64,000 bases of DNA, from contig CAXXKA010000004.1 of NCBI GenBank assembly GCA_963668625.2, positions 224,001 through 288,000 of the forward strand, given 5' to 3'. A program made the translations under genes and the position numbers. Source of the stretch: an uncultured candidate division Zixibacteria bacterium (GTDB lineage Bacteria > Zixibacteria > MSB-5A5 > UBA10806 > 4484-95). The notes below the pieces were generated by a model, which saw only the letters and a program-made list of their open reading frames with translations, was not told where the DNA came from and did no database searches. How positions within the stretch are numbered: the stretch's first letter is position 1; each line of letters opens with the position of its first letter. This document shows, one piece after another, positions 41,525 through 52,700 of this stretch.

Positions 41525-43060
41525 TCAGCTCTTTACCTTATCCGGCGTTTCCATCGGCCCACTGACATTATCTATAGAGACACTGCCGGCATCCACGATA
41601 GTAACCGTTTTAGCGGCCGCAACCGTAACTCTTTCAGCCTCGACAATGATGTTTGGGCAGTTTTTCTTAAGCTTGGGGCCGCTTTGCTCGCTTTGGGATT
41701 TATCAGCGCTTTCAGTTTCAGGCAATGAGGGACTCACTGAGTTTTCAGGTTTAGTCTGGTCCTCTTCCGGGTAGTCACCGCCTGAGGCATCATCCAAGCT
41801 ATCGCTTTCGACAACCTCGGCGATTGCCTCTATCTTACCCAGAGTGCCGGTAAGCTCCTCGATTTTCTCATCCAGAAACTCCTCTATATACGCCTCCGAT
41901 TGGCTGGCCTGATCGGTCGCCTCCATTTCGGCGATTGCGGCGGTAGCGGCGGCCTCAACGGCTACCGAATCCGAATCACTGGTCTGCGCCTGACCGCTTG
42001 CTGCTTCATCTACTGGCACATCCGCGCCGGCGCCTACGGCATCTTCTTTGGATGATACGGTATCTGCCTCAACGGAAACGGTCTCCTCCTCGGTTTCTTC
42101 GATCACCGGTTTGTCTTCCGAATCGGCCTGTTGGGACTGTGTCTCCACGACTCGTTCTCCGGGCTTGGTTTCGCCACTGGTAAATTTAATTACCTGCTCC
42201 ATCAATTCCTCAACGCTGAGCTTGGTAACATGAGCATCCGCTTTCAGGAAATCCGCGCGGGCTTTCATGCCCATATCACCTATAGAAGAATATACGATGA
42301 CGGGCATATTGGCGATCTCCGGCGTGCTCCTGATAGCGGTAGTTAAAGCCAGGCCGTCCAATTGCGGCATCTCGACATCCGAAATAACCAGGTTGAAATT
42401 TTTATCTTCCTCGAGAATTGCAATAGCCTCTTTGCCATCGGCGGCCGAAACCACATCGAATCCCAACTCTTCCAGCTCGGTAACTAACATGTTTCGCACC
42501 GAGGGTGAATCCTCGGCTATGAGTACACGCTGACCTGAGGCGTCGTATTCATGTTCGCTTATTTTGTGCATCTCTTTGGAGGCCAACTCCGGGCAAAGAT
42601 CGAGTATTATAGTTTCGTAATCCAGAAGCGGGACCATTCTTTCGCCATCCGGCTTTACTATGCTTATGATATATTTCTGATCGATAGTCTTCAAAACATC
42701 ATTAGCATTTATGACATTTTCCCAAACGAAGTGATGAATCCACTCAACCGTATCGACTATAAAGCCGTTTAATACATTGAAAAATTCGGTTACTACTATT
42801 TTCTTACCCTCGATAGATTCAGATTTTTCGAATCCTAAAAAATATCCCAGGTCGACAAGCGGTATTACACCGTTGTTATCTTTAAACATTCCTAAAACGG
42901 CTGGGTGCGAATTAATTGCCGCGGTCAGGCATTCGGGGCGAGAGAGTATTTTCTGCACTTTTAGAATATTAATGCCAAACGAGTGGCCGCTGATTGTATA
43001 CTCGAGTACCCGAAGCTCGTTGCTGCCTGATTTCAAATAAGATTCAGCATCTAATTTCAT
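41525..43060 (-). CDS. cheV: CheV (CheW + receiver) with a long acidic C-terminal extension
   Basis: 'NELRVLEY...FGINILKVQKI' CheW domain; 'LIAEDS', 'ISDVEMPQLDG' REC domain. Confidence 0.85.
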   Translation of the reverse strand: MKLDAESYLKSGSNELRVLEYTISGHSFGINILKVQKILSRPECLTAAINSHPAVLGMFKDNNGVIPLVDLGYFLGFEKSESIEGKKIVVTEFFNVLNGFIVDTVEWIHHFVWENVINANDVLKTIDQKYIISIVKPDGERMVPLLDYETIILDLCPELASKEMHKISEHEYDASGQRVLIAEDSPSVRNMLVTELEELGFDVVSAADGKEAIAILEEDKNFNLVISDVEMPQLDGLALTTAIRSTPEIANMPVIVYSSIGDMGMKARADFLKADAHVTKLSVEELMEQVIKFTSGETKPGERVVETQSQQADSEDKPVIEETEEETVSVEADTVSSKEDAVGAGADVPVDEAASGQAQTSDSDSVAVEAAATAAIAEMEATDQASQSEAYIEEFLDEKIEELTGTLGKIEAIAEVVESDSLDDASGGDYPEEDQTKPENSVSPSLPETESADKSQSEQSGPKLKKNCPNIIVEAERVTVAAAKTVTIVDAGSVSIDNVSGPMETPDKVKS

Positions 43061-43063
43061 CGC

Positions 43064-43837
43064 TTATCCCCTTCTTCTATCTTTAATAAGGGAAATCTTA
43101 AAGCTGGCGCCCCCTATCGAGTTCGTCTCGGCCCAAATTTTCCCGCCCATTGCCTCTACGGCCAGACGGCAAAAATACAGGCCTAACCCTACGCCTCTAA
43201 ACTTTCCCTCTTTCCTTAAATCCATCTGTTTGTATTGATCGAATAGATCATCAAGATTAATACCCTCTAATCCTGAACCCTCATCGCTAACGGTTACCTC
43301 GATTTGCTCTCCGGAAACCGCCGTCTCGACATAAATTTTACCTCCGCGAGTGCTGTGTTTGATAGCGTTGAAAATCAGATTATCTACAATTCTCAAAAAG
43401 TATTCCTTATCGATCTGTGCTTTAGCGTTCGCGCCGGGATTTACTATTATATTTACCTCGTATTCTTCGGCGCTTGCTTTAAGCATATTGGCGCTTTCTG
43501 ATACCAGTTCATCAACATCCGCGAAATCCAATTCTATTTGGAAACCAACTCTACCGGCCTTGGCAGAATCGATTAAATCATGTATTATCGATTCGGCGCG
43601 GTTAAATGCCAGTACACTGCTGTTTAACAATTCGCGATGGTGGTTATTTTCGGGATTGAATCTTCCCTTCTGCAATAGTTTCAACACTGTTTTCATACTG
43701 ACAAACGGCCCCTGAAGATCGTGCACCATAATTGCCACGAAATCCAGAAGTTTCTCGTTTTGATCATCCGCCTCAGCGCTGTTTCCGGCCACTACGTTAA
43801 GCGGAATTATCTTGCTGGCCTGAGTCATAACCCCCAC
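43064..43837 (-). CDS. Cytoplasmic histidine kinase (HisKA + HATPase, no sensor domain)
   Basis: 'VHDLQGP', 'NLIFNAIKH', 'DEGSG', 'GVGLGL'. Confidence 0.9.
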   Translation of the reverse strand: MGVMTQASKIIPLNVVAGNSAEADDQNEKLLDFVAIMVHDLQGPFVSMKTVLKLLQKGRFNPENNHHRELLNSSVLAFNRAESIIHDLIDSAKAGRVGFQIELDFADVDELVSESANMLKASAEEYEVNIIVNPGANAKAQIDKEYFLRIVDNLIFNAIKHSTRGGKIYVETAVSGEQIEVTVSDEGSGLEGINLDDLFDQYKQMDLRKEGKFRGVGLGLYFCRLAVEAMGGKIWAETNSIGGASFKISLIKDRRRG

Positions 43838-44200
43838 ACTCTGCGCGATTAAAGCTTTTAACGATAACTTTTTAAATCATTATCCTTTCAGTTCAATATC
43901 GGCATATATGTTGTTTAGATAAAATTTTATCTGGAATGTTGCACTTTTGAATCAGTTTAACACCCCCAAAACCGACGATTATCGATAGAATTCGTATCCA
44001 CGATCGCTGAATATGGAACTATATAAGTCACCTGTAGTTTATTAATAGTGACATGGGTAATCATGTATCATTGGGATAAGATGATGGTAATGATAGTGAT
44101 TATCGTAGTTATAATTTAAAATTCAAAAAGAAGTTGCACGAAATGGATATTTACACGTATAAATATGTAAACCAACGGGATAATACAAACAGGATTTATT

Positions 44201-45088
44201 ATGGCTGATAACTCCGATAATATAAAAAATCTGGTACACTTTGGTACATCATCGTTTTCCTCCCGGGATTGGATAGGCTCGTTTTATCCCCGGGATGCTA
44301 AACCGATGGATTTCCTGAAACACTATGCTCGACAATTCGATATAGTCGAGGTGGATTCGACATATTATTCCATACCATCGGCTTACACTGTTGATGGCTG
44401 GTTGGAGAAAACACCGTTAAATTTCAAGATATCAGCTAAATTCCCACGCTCGATCGTACATGCCGGCAAAGATAAACGACCCGATCCTTTGCGAATACTC
44501 GACCGGGATGCCACTTATCCCGACCGCGACAGGTTTCTTGATGCTATGCAGCGGCTGGGGGTTAGTCTCGGGCCTCTTCTGATACAATTCCCCTATTTCT
44601 CCAAAAAGGTGTTTTCTTACAAAGATGTCTTCATCGAGCGCCTCGACAGGTTTTTAGGGGACTTGCCCAAGGATTTCAAATATGCCGTGGAGATACGCAA
44701 CCGTCACTGGCTGAAAAAGGATTTCGCCGATCTCTGCCGTAAACATAATGCTGCCCTGGTATTGGCAGATCAGGCCTGGATGCCGCACGGCGACCAGGTA
44801 ATGGAGTGGTTCGATCCGGTAACCTCCGATTTCTCGTATATCAGGCTTTTAGGCAATCGCAAGGAGATTGAGGCATTAACGCATACCTGGCAAAAAGAGG
44901 TTCTTGATCGCTCGGAGCTTCTGTTTCGCTGGGCCGAGCTACTAAAACGCCTGGCCGAGCGTTCGATAGAAACATACGTTTACGCCAACAACCATTACGC
45001 CGGCCATGCGCCATCAACCGCCAAGAAACTGCGTGAGATGTTTCACAAAGCGCTCGAAACCGAAGAAGTCGATTCGACCTCGAATTAA
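44201..45088 (+). CDS. DUF72 family protein
   Basis: 'GTSSFS..DWIGSFYP', 'VEVDSTYY', 'AVEIRN', 'YIRLLG', 'NNHYAG'. Confidence 0.92.
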   Translation: MADNSDNIKNLVHFGTSSFSSRDWIGSFYPRDAKPMDFLKHYARQFDIVEVDSTYYSIPSAYTVDGWLEKTPLNFKISAKFPRSIVHAGKDKRPDPLRILDRDATYPDRDRFLDAMQRLGVSLGPLLIQFPYFSKKVFSYKDVFIERLDRFLGDLPKDFKYAVEIRNRHWLKKDFADLCRKHNAALVLADQAWMPHGDQVMEWFDPVTSDFSYIRLLGNRKEIEALTHTWQKEVLDRSELLFRWAELLKRLAERSIETYVYANNHYAGHAPSTAKKLREMFHKALETEEVDSTSN

Positions 45089-45205
45089 CATAATTAATTT
45101 ATAAAATTCTAAATCATTGTTTCTTGCTCTAGAACAGGTATAGGGATACCCCACTCCGGTCATCGCCGGGATGAGTTCACCTTGCTGTCTAAAAATAATG
45201 CCAAT

Positions 45206-45233
45206 AAAAAATCCCCAGCGAAAAACTGGGGAT
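45206..45233 (-). terminator. Intrinsic terminator of the M6 protease gene
   Basis: ATCCCCAG..CTGGGGAT plus U-tract on the minus strand. Confidence 0.75.
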
Positions 45234-45254
45234 CGTAAAAGTAATTAATCTTCC

Positions 45255-47894
45255 CTACTTAATCAAAAGCATCCGCTTCGTCTCGCTAATATCATCCGTA
45301 GTCAACTTGTAGAAATACATACCCGAGGACATATCACCGGCATCCCATACAATACTGTGACTACCGGCCGGCATCATCTCCTCAACCAGTGTTTCGACAT
45401 GCCTGCCTAATAGATCGTATATATCAAGAGACACTTCGGATTGGGCCTGCAATTCAAACGATATCATTGTCCGGGCATTAAACGGATTAGGATAATTCTG
45501 GACTAAACCGGTGGAATTCGGCAGCATCGAGCCATCTCGATCATCAATACCGGTTGTCGAATACAGGTATTCGTACGCCGCCTCAATCAAATCGGCGCGG
45601 GTATCGTAACCGGGATAGTCACTGTTTGCGCCCTCAATACCAAATCCGATAGTCATCACCGAATAACCGTCATCCAGAACACCGGCCGCAGCCAGCGTTC
45701 CCGCCGCGTAAGTCATAAGCTGCTGACCGCCATCAAGCAGGAAAAGAGCATCCTGCGAGTTCTGGTTGTTAGCGCCCTCGTTACCACCGGTGATGAAGGA
45801 CAATCCCTCGAATGCAGTACCATCCTCGCCATTCACGAAATGATACGCCTCGCGATCATCATAGTACACCTTCAGATACGAGTTTAACAGGACTATATCA
45901 TCGGCGTCGCCTCGTTCGTATAGCTTTTGCACGAAATCCTGGCTGGTAATAAGCAGACGGCCACCGTTGCTGAGATAGTCGATTAATTTTTCAACAACTG
46001 CTTGCGGGATCTCATCCGAGCGCGAATCGCCGGTAAACCAGATAACCAGAGGATGCTGGTTTAAAACCTCACCCGGTAAACCCTGGCTCGCTATATCCCA
46101 ATGCGAAAAAGTCAGATCAAGCTCATTTAAGGCATCGGCATAATAACTCTCGAGGGTATCACCGCCGTCATCATCTACGAGCATAACATCCGGTATACCT
46201 ATCACCTGAGGCACTGTAAACACCTGTACGTAAGAGCCGTCATTGGCCTCGAATGTCAACGTTATCGTGACGGTTCCGGTTGGATAATCGGCTGGCACCT
46301 CGAATGTGACGAGATTATAGTCGTTGTTGAAATCCTGATCTACCGGTATCTGGCCGAACAAGGATATTGAATCAGTGAGAATAATCTCCGAATCGGAGAA
46401 TGATGCCGTAACGATTAAATCCTCGGCAATCGATCGGACATTGACGGCCTCGAAACGAATATCGCATGTCTCCCCGGCCTCTGGCAAGCCGTTATCGTTG
46501 CCGTATTCCGAATCATCGATAGTCAGCCAATTGAGCTGATACAACGGTTGGTTATACATGATATGTAAATCAGCAGTCATCGAGGAATCGTCGTCGGAGA
46601 TATTTATCACGGCTATCTCCGAGGCGCCATAATCATAAAAATCCGAATTAGGAGTAGACCAGGCATCGAAAGTATTATTATTGTATGCTCCCGGCCAGGG
46701 ATCTCCGGCATCACTGCCATTGTTATGCTCCAGATCGAACCGGCCATCGGCCTGCTCGACCGCGACCAGGTATCTATCCTGATTATCGTTGTTATCCCGG
46801 GTTTCATCCACATGATAGATCAATAGACCGCTGCCGGGCATCAATTGATCGAAACTCATCCGCTGACGGTTCTCTACCAGAAAATACTGCAAGAACGGAT
46901 CGCCCTGGCTATACAGACGGTAAACATCCGGACTATATTCTACCGCGTCTATCTGCTCGCCGTTTAAGTTAGTAGTAGGAGTTTGGGGATTGATAAAACC
47001 CAGTTCCTTTTTACACCAGGCGTCAAAATGTACCGGGCGACGGCCTCCACCGGCCCACACTCCGCCCGACATTATCGACCATCCACCGGTGCCGTCCGAA
47101 TCATAATCGTAATCATAAAGATCGGGCAATCCCAGTACATGACCGAACTCATGGCAAAATACGCCGATATGCACTATATCGACTCCGCCATCCTCCTCCG
47201 GCTCCATCGAATAACGCCAGATATAAACGCCGTCATCGGTATCCACCTGATAGCCGGTTGACCAGGCATGAGAGTGAATATGATTCAAATTGCCTGAATT
47301 CTCGTATCCCGGTCCGGCATGGACAACGAATAAACCATCAACCATACCATCGCCATCGTTATCATAATTTGAAAAATCAACATCGGCATCGGCGGCTGTT
47401 ACCGCATCCTCGGCCAGACGTTGCGCGTTACGGGGATAACTGCCGAATCCTCTTTGGCCATCGGCATAATACGTAGAGTTCTGCGGCATTCGATACCAAT
47501 CGGTGATCTCGCCAATCAGTAATGCCTGGCCATAGCTGACCTCGAAATAATAATCGGTCATGCTGCCCGGCTCGTAAATATCGCGGGAAAACATCACGCT
47601 ATCTAAATCTTCTTTGGTGGCTGCGACCGAGCCCGCCGTATACGGCATATCATCGAAATCCGCCAACACGAATATGCAGTGAAGGGTATCGATATCAGTG
47701 GCCAATCCGAATCGTATCGGATCGGGATTAGCCTGCCATACGCCTCTCTCCCGAGCCGCCCGATCGGCTTGAACTATTCGTTCTAATTGACCCGTATCTT
47801 TGAGATGTTTTACGATTTCAGGCGCCAACGGCACCGCGTTAGCCGAGCCGATAAACAACAGCACGATTGCAAGTATCATTACCTTTCTAAACAT
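45255..47894 (-). CDS. Secreted M6 family (immune inhibitor A-like) metalloprotease with CTD
   Basis: 'HEFGHVLGLPDLYD', 'WSIMSGG', 'YFLVENR'; NYPNPFN CTD. Confidence 0.95.
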   Translation of the reverse strand: MFRKVMILAIVLLFIGSANAVPLAPEIVKHLKDTGQLERIVQADRAARERGVWQANPDPIRFGLATDIDTLHCIFVLADFDDMPYTAGSVAATKEDLDSVMFSRDIYEPGSMTDYYFEVSYGQALLIGEITDWYRMPQNSTYYADGQRGFGSYPRNAQRLAEDAVTAADADVDFSNYDNDGDGMVDGLFVVHAGPGYENSGNLNHIHSHAWSTGYQVDTDDGVYIWRYSMEPEEDGGVDIVHIGVFCHEFGHVLGLPDLYDYDYDSDGTGGWSIMSGGVWAGGGRRPVHFDAWCKKELGFINPQTPTTNLNGEQIDAVEYSPDVYRLYSQGDPFLQYFLVENRQRMSFDQLMPGSGLLIYHVDETRDNNDNQDRYLVAVEQADGRFDLEHNNGSDAGDPWPGAYNNNTFDAWSTPNSDFYDYGASEIAVINISDDDSSMTADLHIMYNQPLYQLNWLTIDDSEYGNDNGLPEAGETCDIRFEAVNVRSIAEDLIVTASFSDSEIILTDSISLFGQIPVDQDFNNDYNLVTFEVPADYPTGTVTITLTFEANDGSYVQVFTVPQVIGIPDVMLVDDDGGDTLESYYADALNELDLTFSHWDIASQGLPGEVLNQHPLVIWFTGDSRSDEIPQAVVEKLIDYLSNGGRLLITSQDFVQKLYERGDADDIVLLNSYLKVYYDDREAYHFVNGEDGTAFEGLSFITGGNEGANNQNSQDALFLLDGGQQLMTYAAGTLAAAGVLDDGYSVMTIGFGIEGANSDYPGYDTRADLIEAAYEYLYSTTGIDDRDGSMLPNSTGLVQNYPNPFNARTMISFELQAQSEVSLDIYDLLGRHVETLVEEMMPAGSHSIVWDAGDMSSGMYFYKLTTDDISETKRMLLIK

Positions 47895-48147
47895 TGATTT
47901 TCCTCCCAAGAGAGCCTTAACCTTCCTCTATCATTTTAAGCTTAATAATTAACAAACCTCATGCCGGAAAACGGCTTATACTGAGATAAGGCGGTTAACG
48001 ACTTAAGGGGGTTATCGCTAACATATTGGTATACATAACATTACAGCACCACATATATCCTTGTTCGTAATGTTAATTATATTAAACAATATTAGATGAC
48101 ATACGCGGATATGATACAATTTATCGACATTGAGCAATTAACTATCA

Positions 48148-49272
48148 CTAATGTATAACAGAATCAATGTAATTGATTTTTCTCTCCAAATCTATATCGC
48201 CAGGATGTTTTTCCAACAATCGTGAATATATCGCGCGTGCTGCTCTGTAATGATACACGATTAAATATAGGGAAGCCATTTTGCTGAGAATGTCAGAATC
48301 ATCCGGGTACTTTTCGAGGGCCGACTTGTACATTTCGATAGCTTCCTCATACTTCTCCATCGTCACTAAAACCGCACCTTTCGTATTATAGAGGAAATAA
48401 TTATAGGGATCGTCAACCTGAAGTGATTCTATTATTTCGAGAGCACCTTCCAGATCATTCTCTATATATAATAAACGAGATTTGCAACTCAGAATTTCTT
48501 CATCCCCGGGATATAGCTCCATAGCTTTCTCGATAATAAATGCAGCCGATTCTTCTTTCCTATGATCCATATAATAATTGGCGGCGGTAGTATAATAGCA
48601 CAATGAATCGCCGCTTGAAAATAAAGCATTCGCGGACTGATTGAGATCCAGGTATGAAACAATCATGAGCTTTTTACATCGCTCGCTGGCAGGATCATAG
48701 GAAATACCCTGTTTACAGTAATTGATACAATCATCCAGTTTTTCCAGGCTATAGGATGATAAAGCGAGGTTGTAATACACTCCCTCCTGTTTCGGAAAAC
48801 CTTTTTCCAAACCTGTTAAAGTATATTTCATCGATTTTTCGATATCACCGAATACCCAGCAAGTCTCACCCAACTCGATATAAAACTGGGCAATATCAGG
48901 ATGAAATTTAATAGCATCTTTTAACAGCTTTTCCGCTTTTTTATAATTCTTTTCTACTGCGCGATAGTACTGCGCCATCAATATCGGGGCGTAAACCAGC
49001 CGCTGCTCAATTTTTAAAGCGCTTTTGAACAGCTTCATTGACTCATCCCATTCTTCCTCGATGATGAATTTTTCAATAGCCCTATCCTCGATTGCCAGGG
49101 CATCTTGATCGAGCTCATCATAGTCATTAATTACGATTTCAGCTTTTTTTATTCTATTGCCTGAAAAACGACTAAAATAGTCTTCCATCGAATCAGCATA
49201 AGATTCGATCGATAGTATAAATACAAATACCAGAATGAACACCGTTGCATTATATGACTTCTTTAACATCAC
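48148..49272 (-). CDS. Tetratricopeptide repeat protein, exported
   Basis: Signal peptide plus multiple TPR patterns. Confidence 0.85.
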   Translation of the reverse strand: MMLKKSYNATVFILVFVFILSIESYADSMEDYFSRFSGNRIKKAEIVINDYDELDQDALAIEDRAIEKFIIEEEWDESMKLFKSALKIEQRLVYAPILMAQYYRAVEKNYKKAEKLLKDAIKFHPDIAQFYIELGETCWVFGDIEKSMKYTLTGLEKGFPKQEGVYYNLALSSYSLEKLDDCINYCKQGISYDPASERCKKLMIVSYLDLNQSANALFSSGDSLCYYTTAANYYMDHRKEESAAFIIEKAMELYPGDEEILSCKSRLLYIENDLEGALEIIESLQVDDPYNYFLYNTKGAVLVTMEKYEEAIEMYKSALEKYPDDSDILSKMASLYLIVYHYRAARAIYSRLLEKHPGDIDLERKINYIDSVIH

Positions 49273-49594
49273 GAATAACCTTTCGCCATTTAGGTTTATA
49301 AAGATAGTATATCTGGTTGATCATTATATATATTTAAACCTTTCACGCCTAAAATATATTAGTAAATTATAATAAATTCAAGACAATACATATTCCGTTA
49401 ATCACGAAAAAAACTCATGAAGTAAAATTATTTTGAAGAAACGATGTCATTACCGAATTAGTATGAATTTCCAGGGCATTAATCTGATTTAAGATTAACT
49501 ACTTACATCCGATAGCCTATTGAGCGGTTATTATTGCAAGTATTGCAAAAAACCGTTGTGTTAATACAAGCGGAATATTATAATGGGCAATACT

Positions 49595-49681
49595 GGAGAG
49601 GTGGCCGAGCGGCTGAAGGCAGCTGCCTGCTAAGCAGTTAACGGGGAAACTCGTTCCAGGGTTCGAATCCCTGCCTCTCCG
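49595..49681 (+). tRNA. tRNA-Ser(GCT)
   Basis: GGAGAGG..CTGCTAA..long variable arm..GGTTCGAATCC..CCTCTCCG. Confidence 0.96.
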
Positions 49682-49790
49682 GATAATTTCAATTGCTTAA
49701 AACGCAATCACTTATATTTTCCGCGCAAAACTTATTAATGGTTTATCATCTATAGTTTGTAATCGAATTTAGCCAGAATTACACAGTCTA

Positions 49791-52700
49791 TTATCTATTT
49801 TTGTATTCAGTCTGTCTGCTATTTGATATCTCCTCAATCTCCTGGCAATTAGGCCAATTAAACGGCATTTCCCCTGGTAAATCGGATGATTCAGGCCAGT
49901 TAGTCGGATGGAACGGGCAGTACGTCAGGTCGTTCAGGTTGCGGAAATAGTTAACAAGGTAGGTGACATCCGAACCGATTACGGCGCAATCACCGTTAAC
50001 ATCCGCCGGCCCGAAAAAGCTGTCGAGGAAACACGGTTCGGCTTTATTTCTGAAATAATTCACCAGGTAGGATACATCCGCTCCAATAACCAGAGGCGGC
50101 CAATCACCGACCCACATATTAATATCACCGGGAAAATAGTTAGTGTGAATAAAGGCGTTGTAAAACGAAACCGCCCCGATATCTATTCGAGTGCCGTCAG
50201 CATCAATGTATAGAGTATCGTTGGGGTGCCCCATATCGATACAGGGTGATTTCAGCGAATCGGTATATGGAAATCCCACCCACATCAAGCTGAAATCACC
50301 TGCTGATGGTTCGATAAACATCGGGTCATCCGATATATTATTAGCTCCACCCGATGTATAACCATTCTGAATATCGCAATAGTCGACAAAGGGAGCAACC
50401 ATGGAAGAATCGACATGTATCTGGCTGCTATAATTGGCGTCGTTATTCCAAATGATGCTATTTAGCAACAATGGGCTGCAGTTGTTCAAATATACCCCAC
50501 CGCCGGTATTGGCTTGATTTGCATAAAACGTATTGCTTAGCAACGCCATACTGTCGGTGCAACCTTCGATATAAACACCGCCGCCATAATTAAATGCCTC
50601 GTTAAGCCAGAAAATATTTCTTTCTATACGGGCATCGGAACCATTTTCGATACTGACCGCGCCGCCGTTCGATTCGCTAAGATTGTTCGTGAATAAGTTG
50701 AAAATAACCTGCGGAGAACTTCCGTCTGCCAGGACTGCTCCCGGGGTATTTTCGCCATAGTTATTCTCGAATATATTGTAGCTGATCACCACTCCATCCC
50801 CGGCATTATCCAGCCGAATCGGAGTATCATTGGAGTATTCTATTAATGATAAATGCACCAAGCTGCTTTCCGCATTATTGAAACATATACTCCCCCAGCC
50901 CCTACTCGTATCGAATGAGGTATATCGCACCCGACTAAAAGTCGTATCATCATCCATGATAACCCATTTGCCTTCGCTCAGCAACAAACCGGTGTTTTCC
51001 ACGATAATATCATACATACCCATGAAATTAAGTGTCACACCCTGCTCGATAATCAGCGTATCGCCATCGCTAACGATAATATCACCGGTAACCTTAAATG
51101 TATCCGGTGGAAATAGCTCTGTTTTGCCTGTAATATCTCCGAAAATCCTTTGCATCCCCTGTGGAAAATGCCGGGCTCCTATATCCGTGCGGGTGGTGTC
51201 CGGATCTTTGAAAATAGTAGTATCCGGATTGCCGCGTTCGATACATGGCGAGCCCAGCCCGAGATTGAAATCGCCGTTATCACGATCGACAAAGAGCGGA
51301 TCATCACTAATACATGAATCGGCATCCTGAATATCGTTTAAGGAGCCCTGGCTCAGGTCACAGTAATCGTAGGTCACGTTATTACCGGCGAAATACAGGT
51401 GACGGGATTGGTAATCGATAGCCAGATTTTCCCAGAATATACAGTTCTGAATATCAAAATCAGAAACCGCATTCGCGTATATCGCTCCGCCCGAATTCTC
51501 CGATTTATTTCGATAAAAAGTATTATTAGTAAATAGCGTTCTTTCTATTGGCGCCAGCGAGTCACAGTAAATCGCGCCGCCATAGCTATTGGAATGATTA
51601 AGCCAGAACACATTTCGCTTCAAATTCAAATCGGTGATTGCCGATAGCGATATCGCTCCGCCTTCCGCACTGGCTGAATCAGCTTTGAACGTATTACTGA
51701 AAAGATCAAGAGAACCGCCGATCGCGTTAACGGCCGCGCCTCGAACCGCCTCGTTATCGACGAATACGGAACTACTGCAAATTAAAGAACCATTATAGGA
51801 GGCAACAGCGCCATAGTTATTTTTTTCAAAATAACATGTATCTAAAACTCCCGTGGAATTAGTCAGTGTTATCGCAGCCGAGGAGTCGGCGCCTAAAAAT
51901 CGCGTAAATGTAAAATAACTGGGATCGGAATTCACGAAGTTAATCCCCTTATAGCCGATACCAGGATCATTCCGTCCGAAAGTAATTATAGACTCAGCAG
52001 TGCCGGGAGCGTTGATATACGATCCGGAGCAAACGACAATATCATATAACGATATTACCCCGGCATCGTAACAATGTTTGAATAGCACCTCAACACCCGG
52101 CTCGATATATAAACCATCACCGCTTGATACGCTACAAGGCGACATCACGTAATAAGGACTGTATAATTCTTGAAGAGTATCCAGTTGGATCCTACCGACC
52201 AGGTTGAAAATATGATGATACGGATAGGCGCCCATATCGGCGTAACTACTATCGGCATCCTTGGGCAGTAGAGGATCACCGGTATTTATGCAGGGCGATT
52301 TCCCCTCGACATCATCCTGTATTCCACTCCATGAAAGACTCAAATCTATTACATGAACTCTTGCAGTATCATTAAATATTGGATACTCATTAATACAGGA
52401 ATAATCCAGATAGCCAAGATTTTCATTAACATCGGAGTATTTAACAATCGGATTATCATTTCCCGGCTCGACGTATATTTCAGGGTTGCTTAAACTTGCC
52501 ATATCATCCCACAAAATACAGCTATTTATGGTTGGAAGAGCTTCTGTCCGGGTAGATATCGCTCCGCCAAAACGAGCGCTATTTTGAAAAAATGTGCAGT
52601 TTTCGATAGCTATAGTCGTAGTATCCGATAAGTCTAATCCTCCACCTTTTTCATTTGCTACATTAAAATCGAAAACGTTATTTTTGAAAATGCCTTCTTG

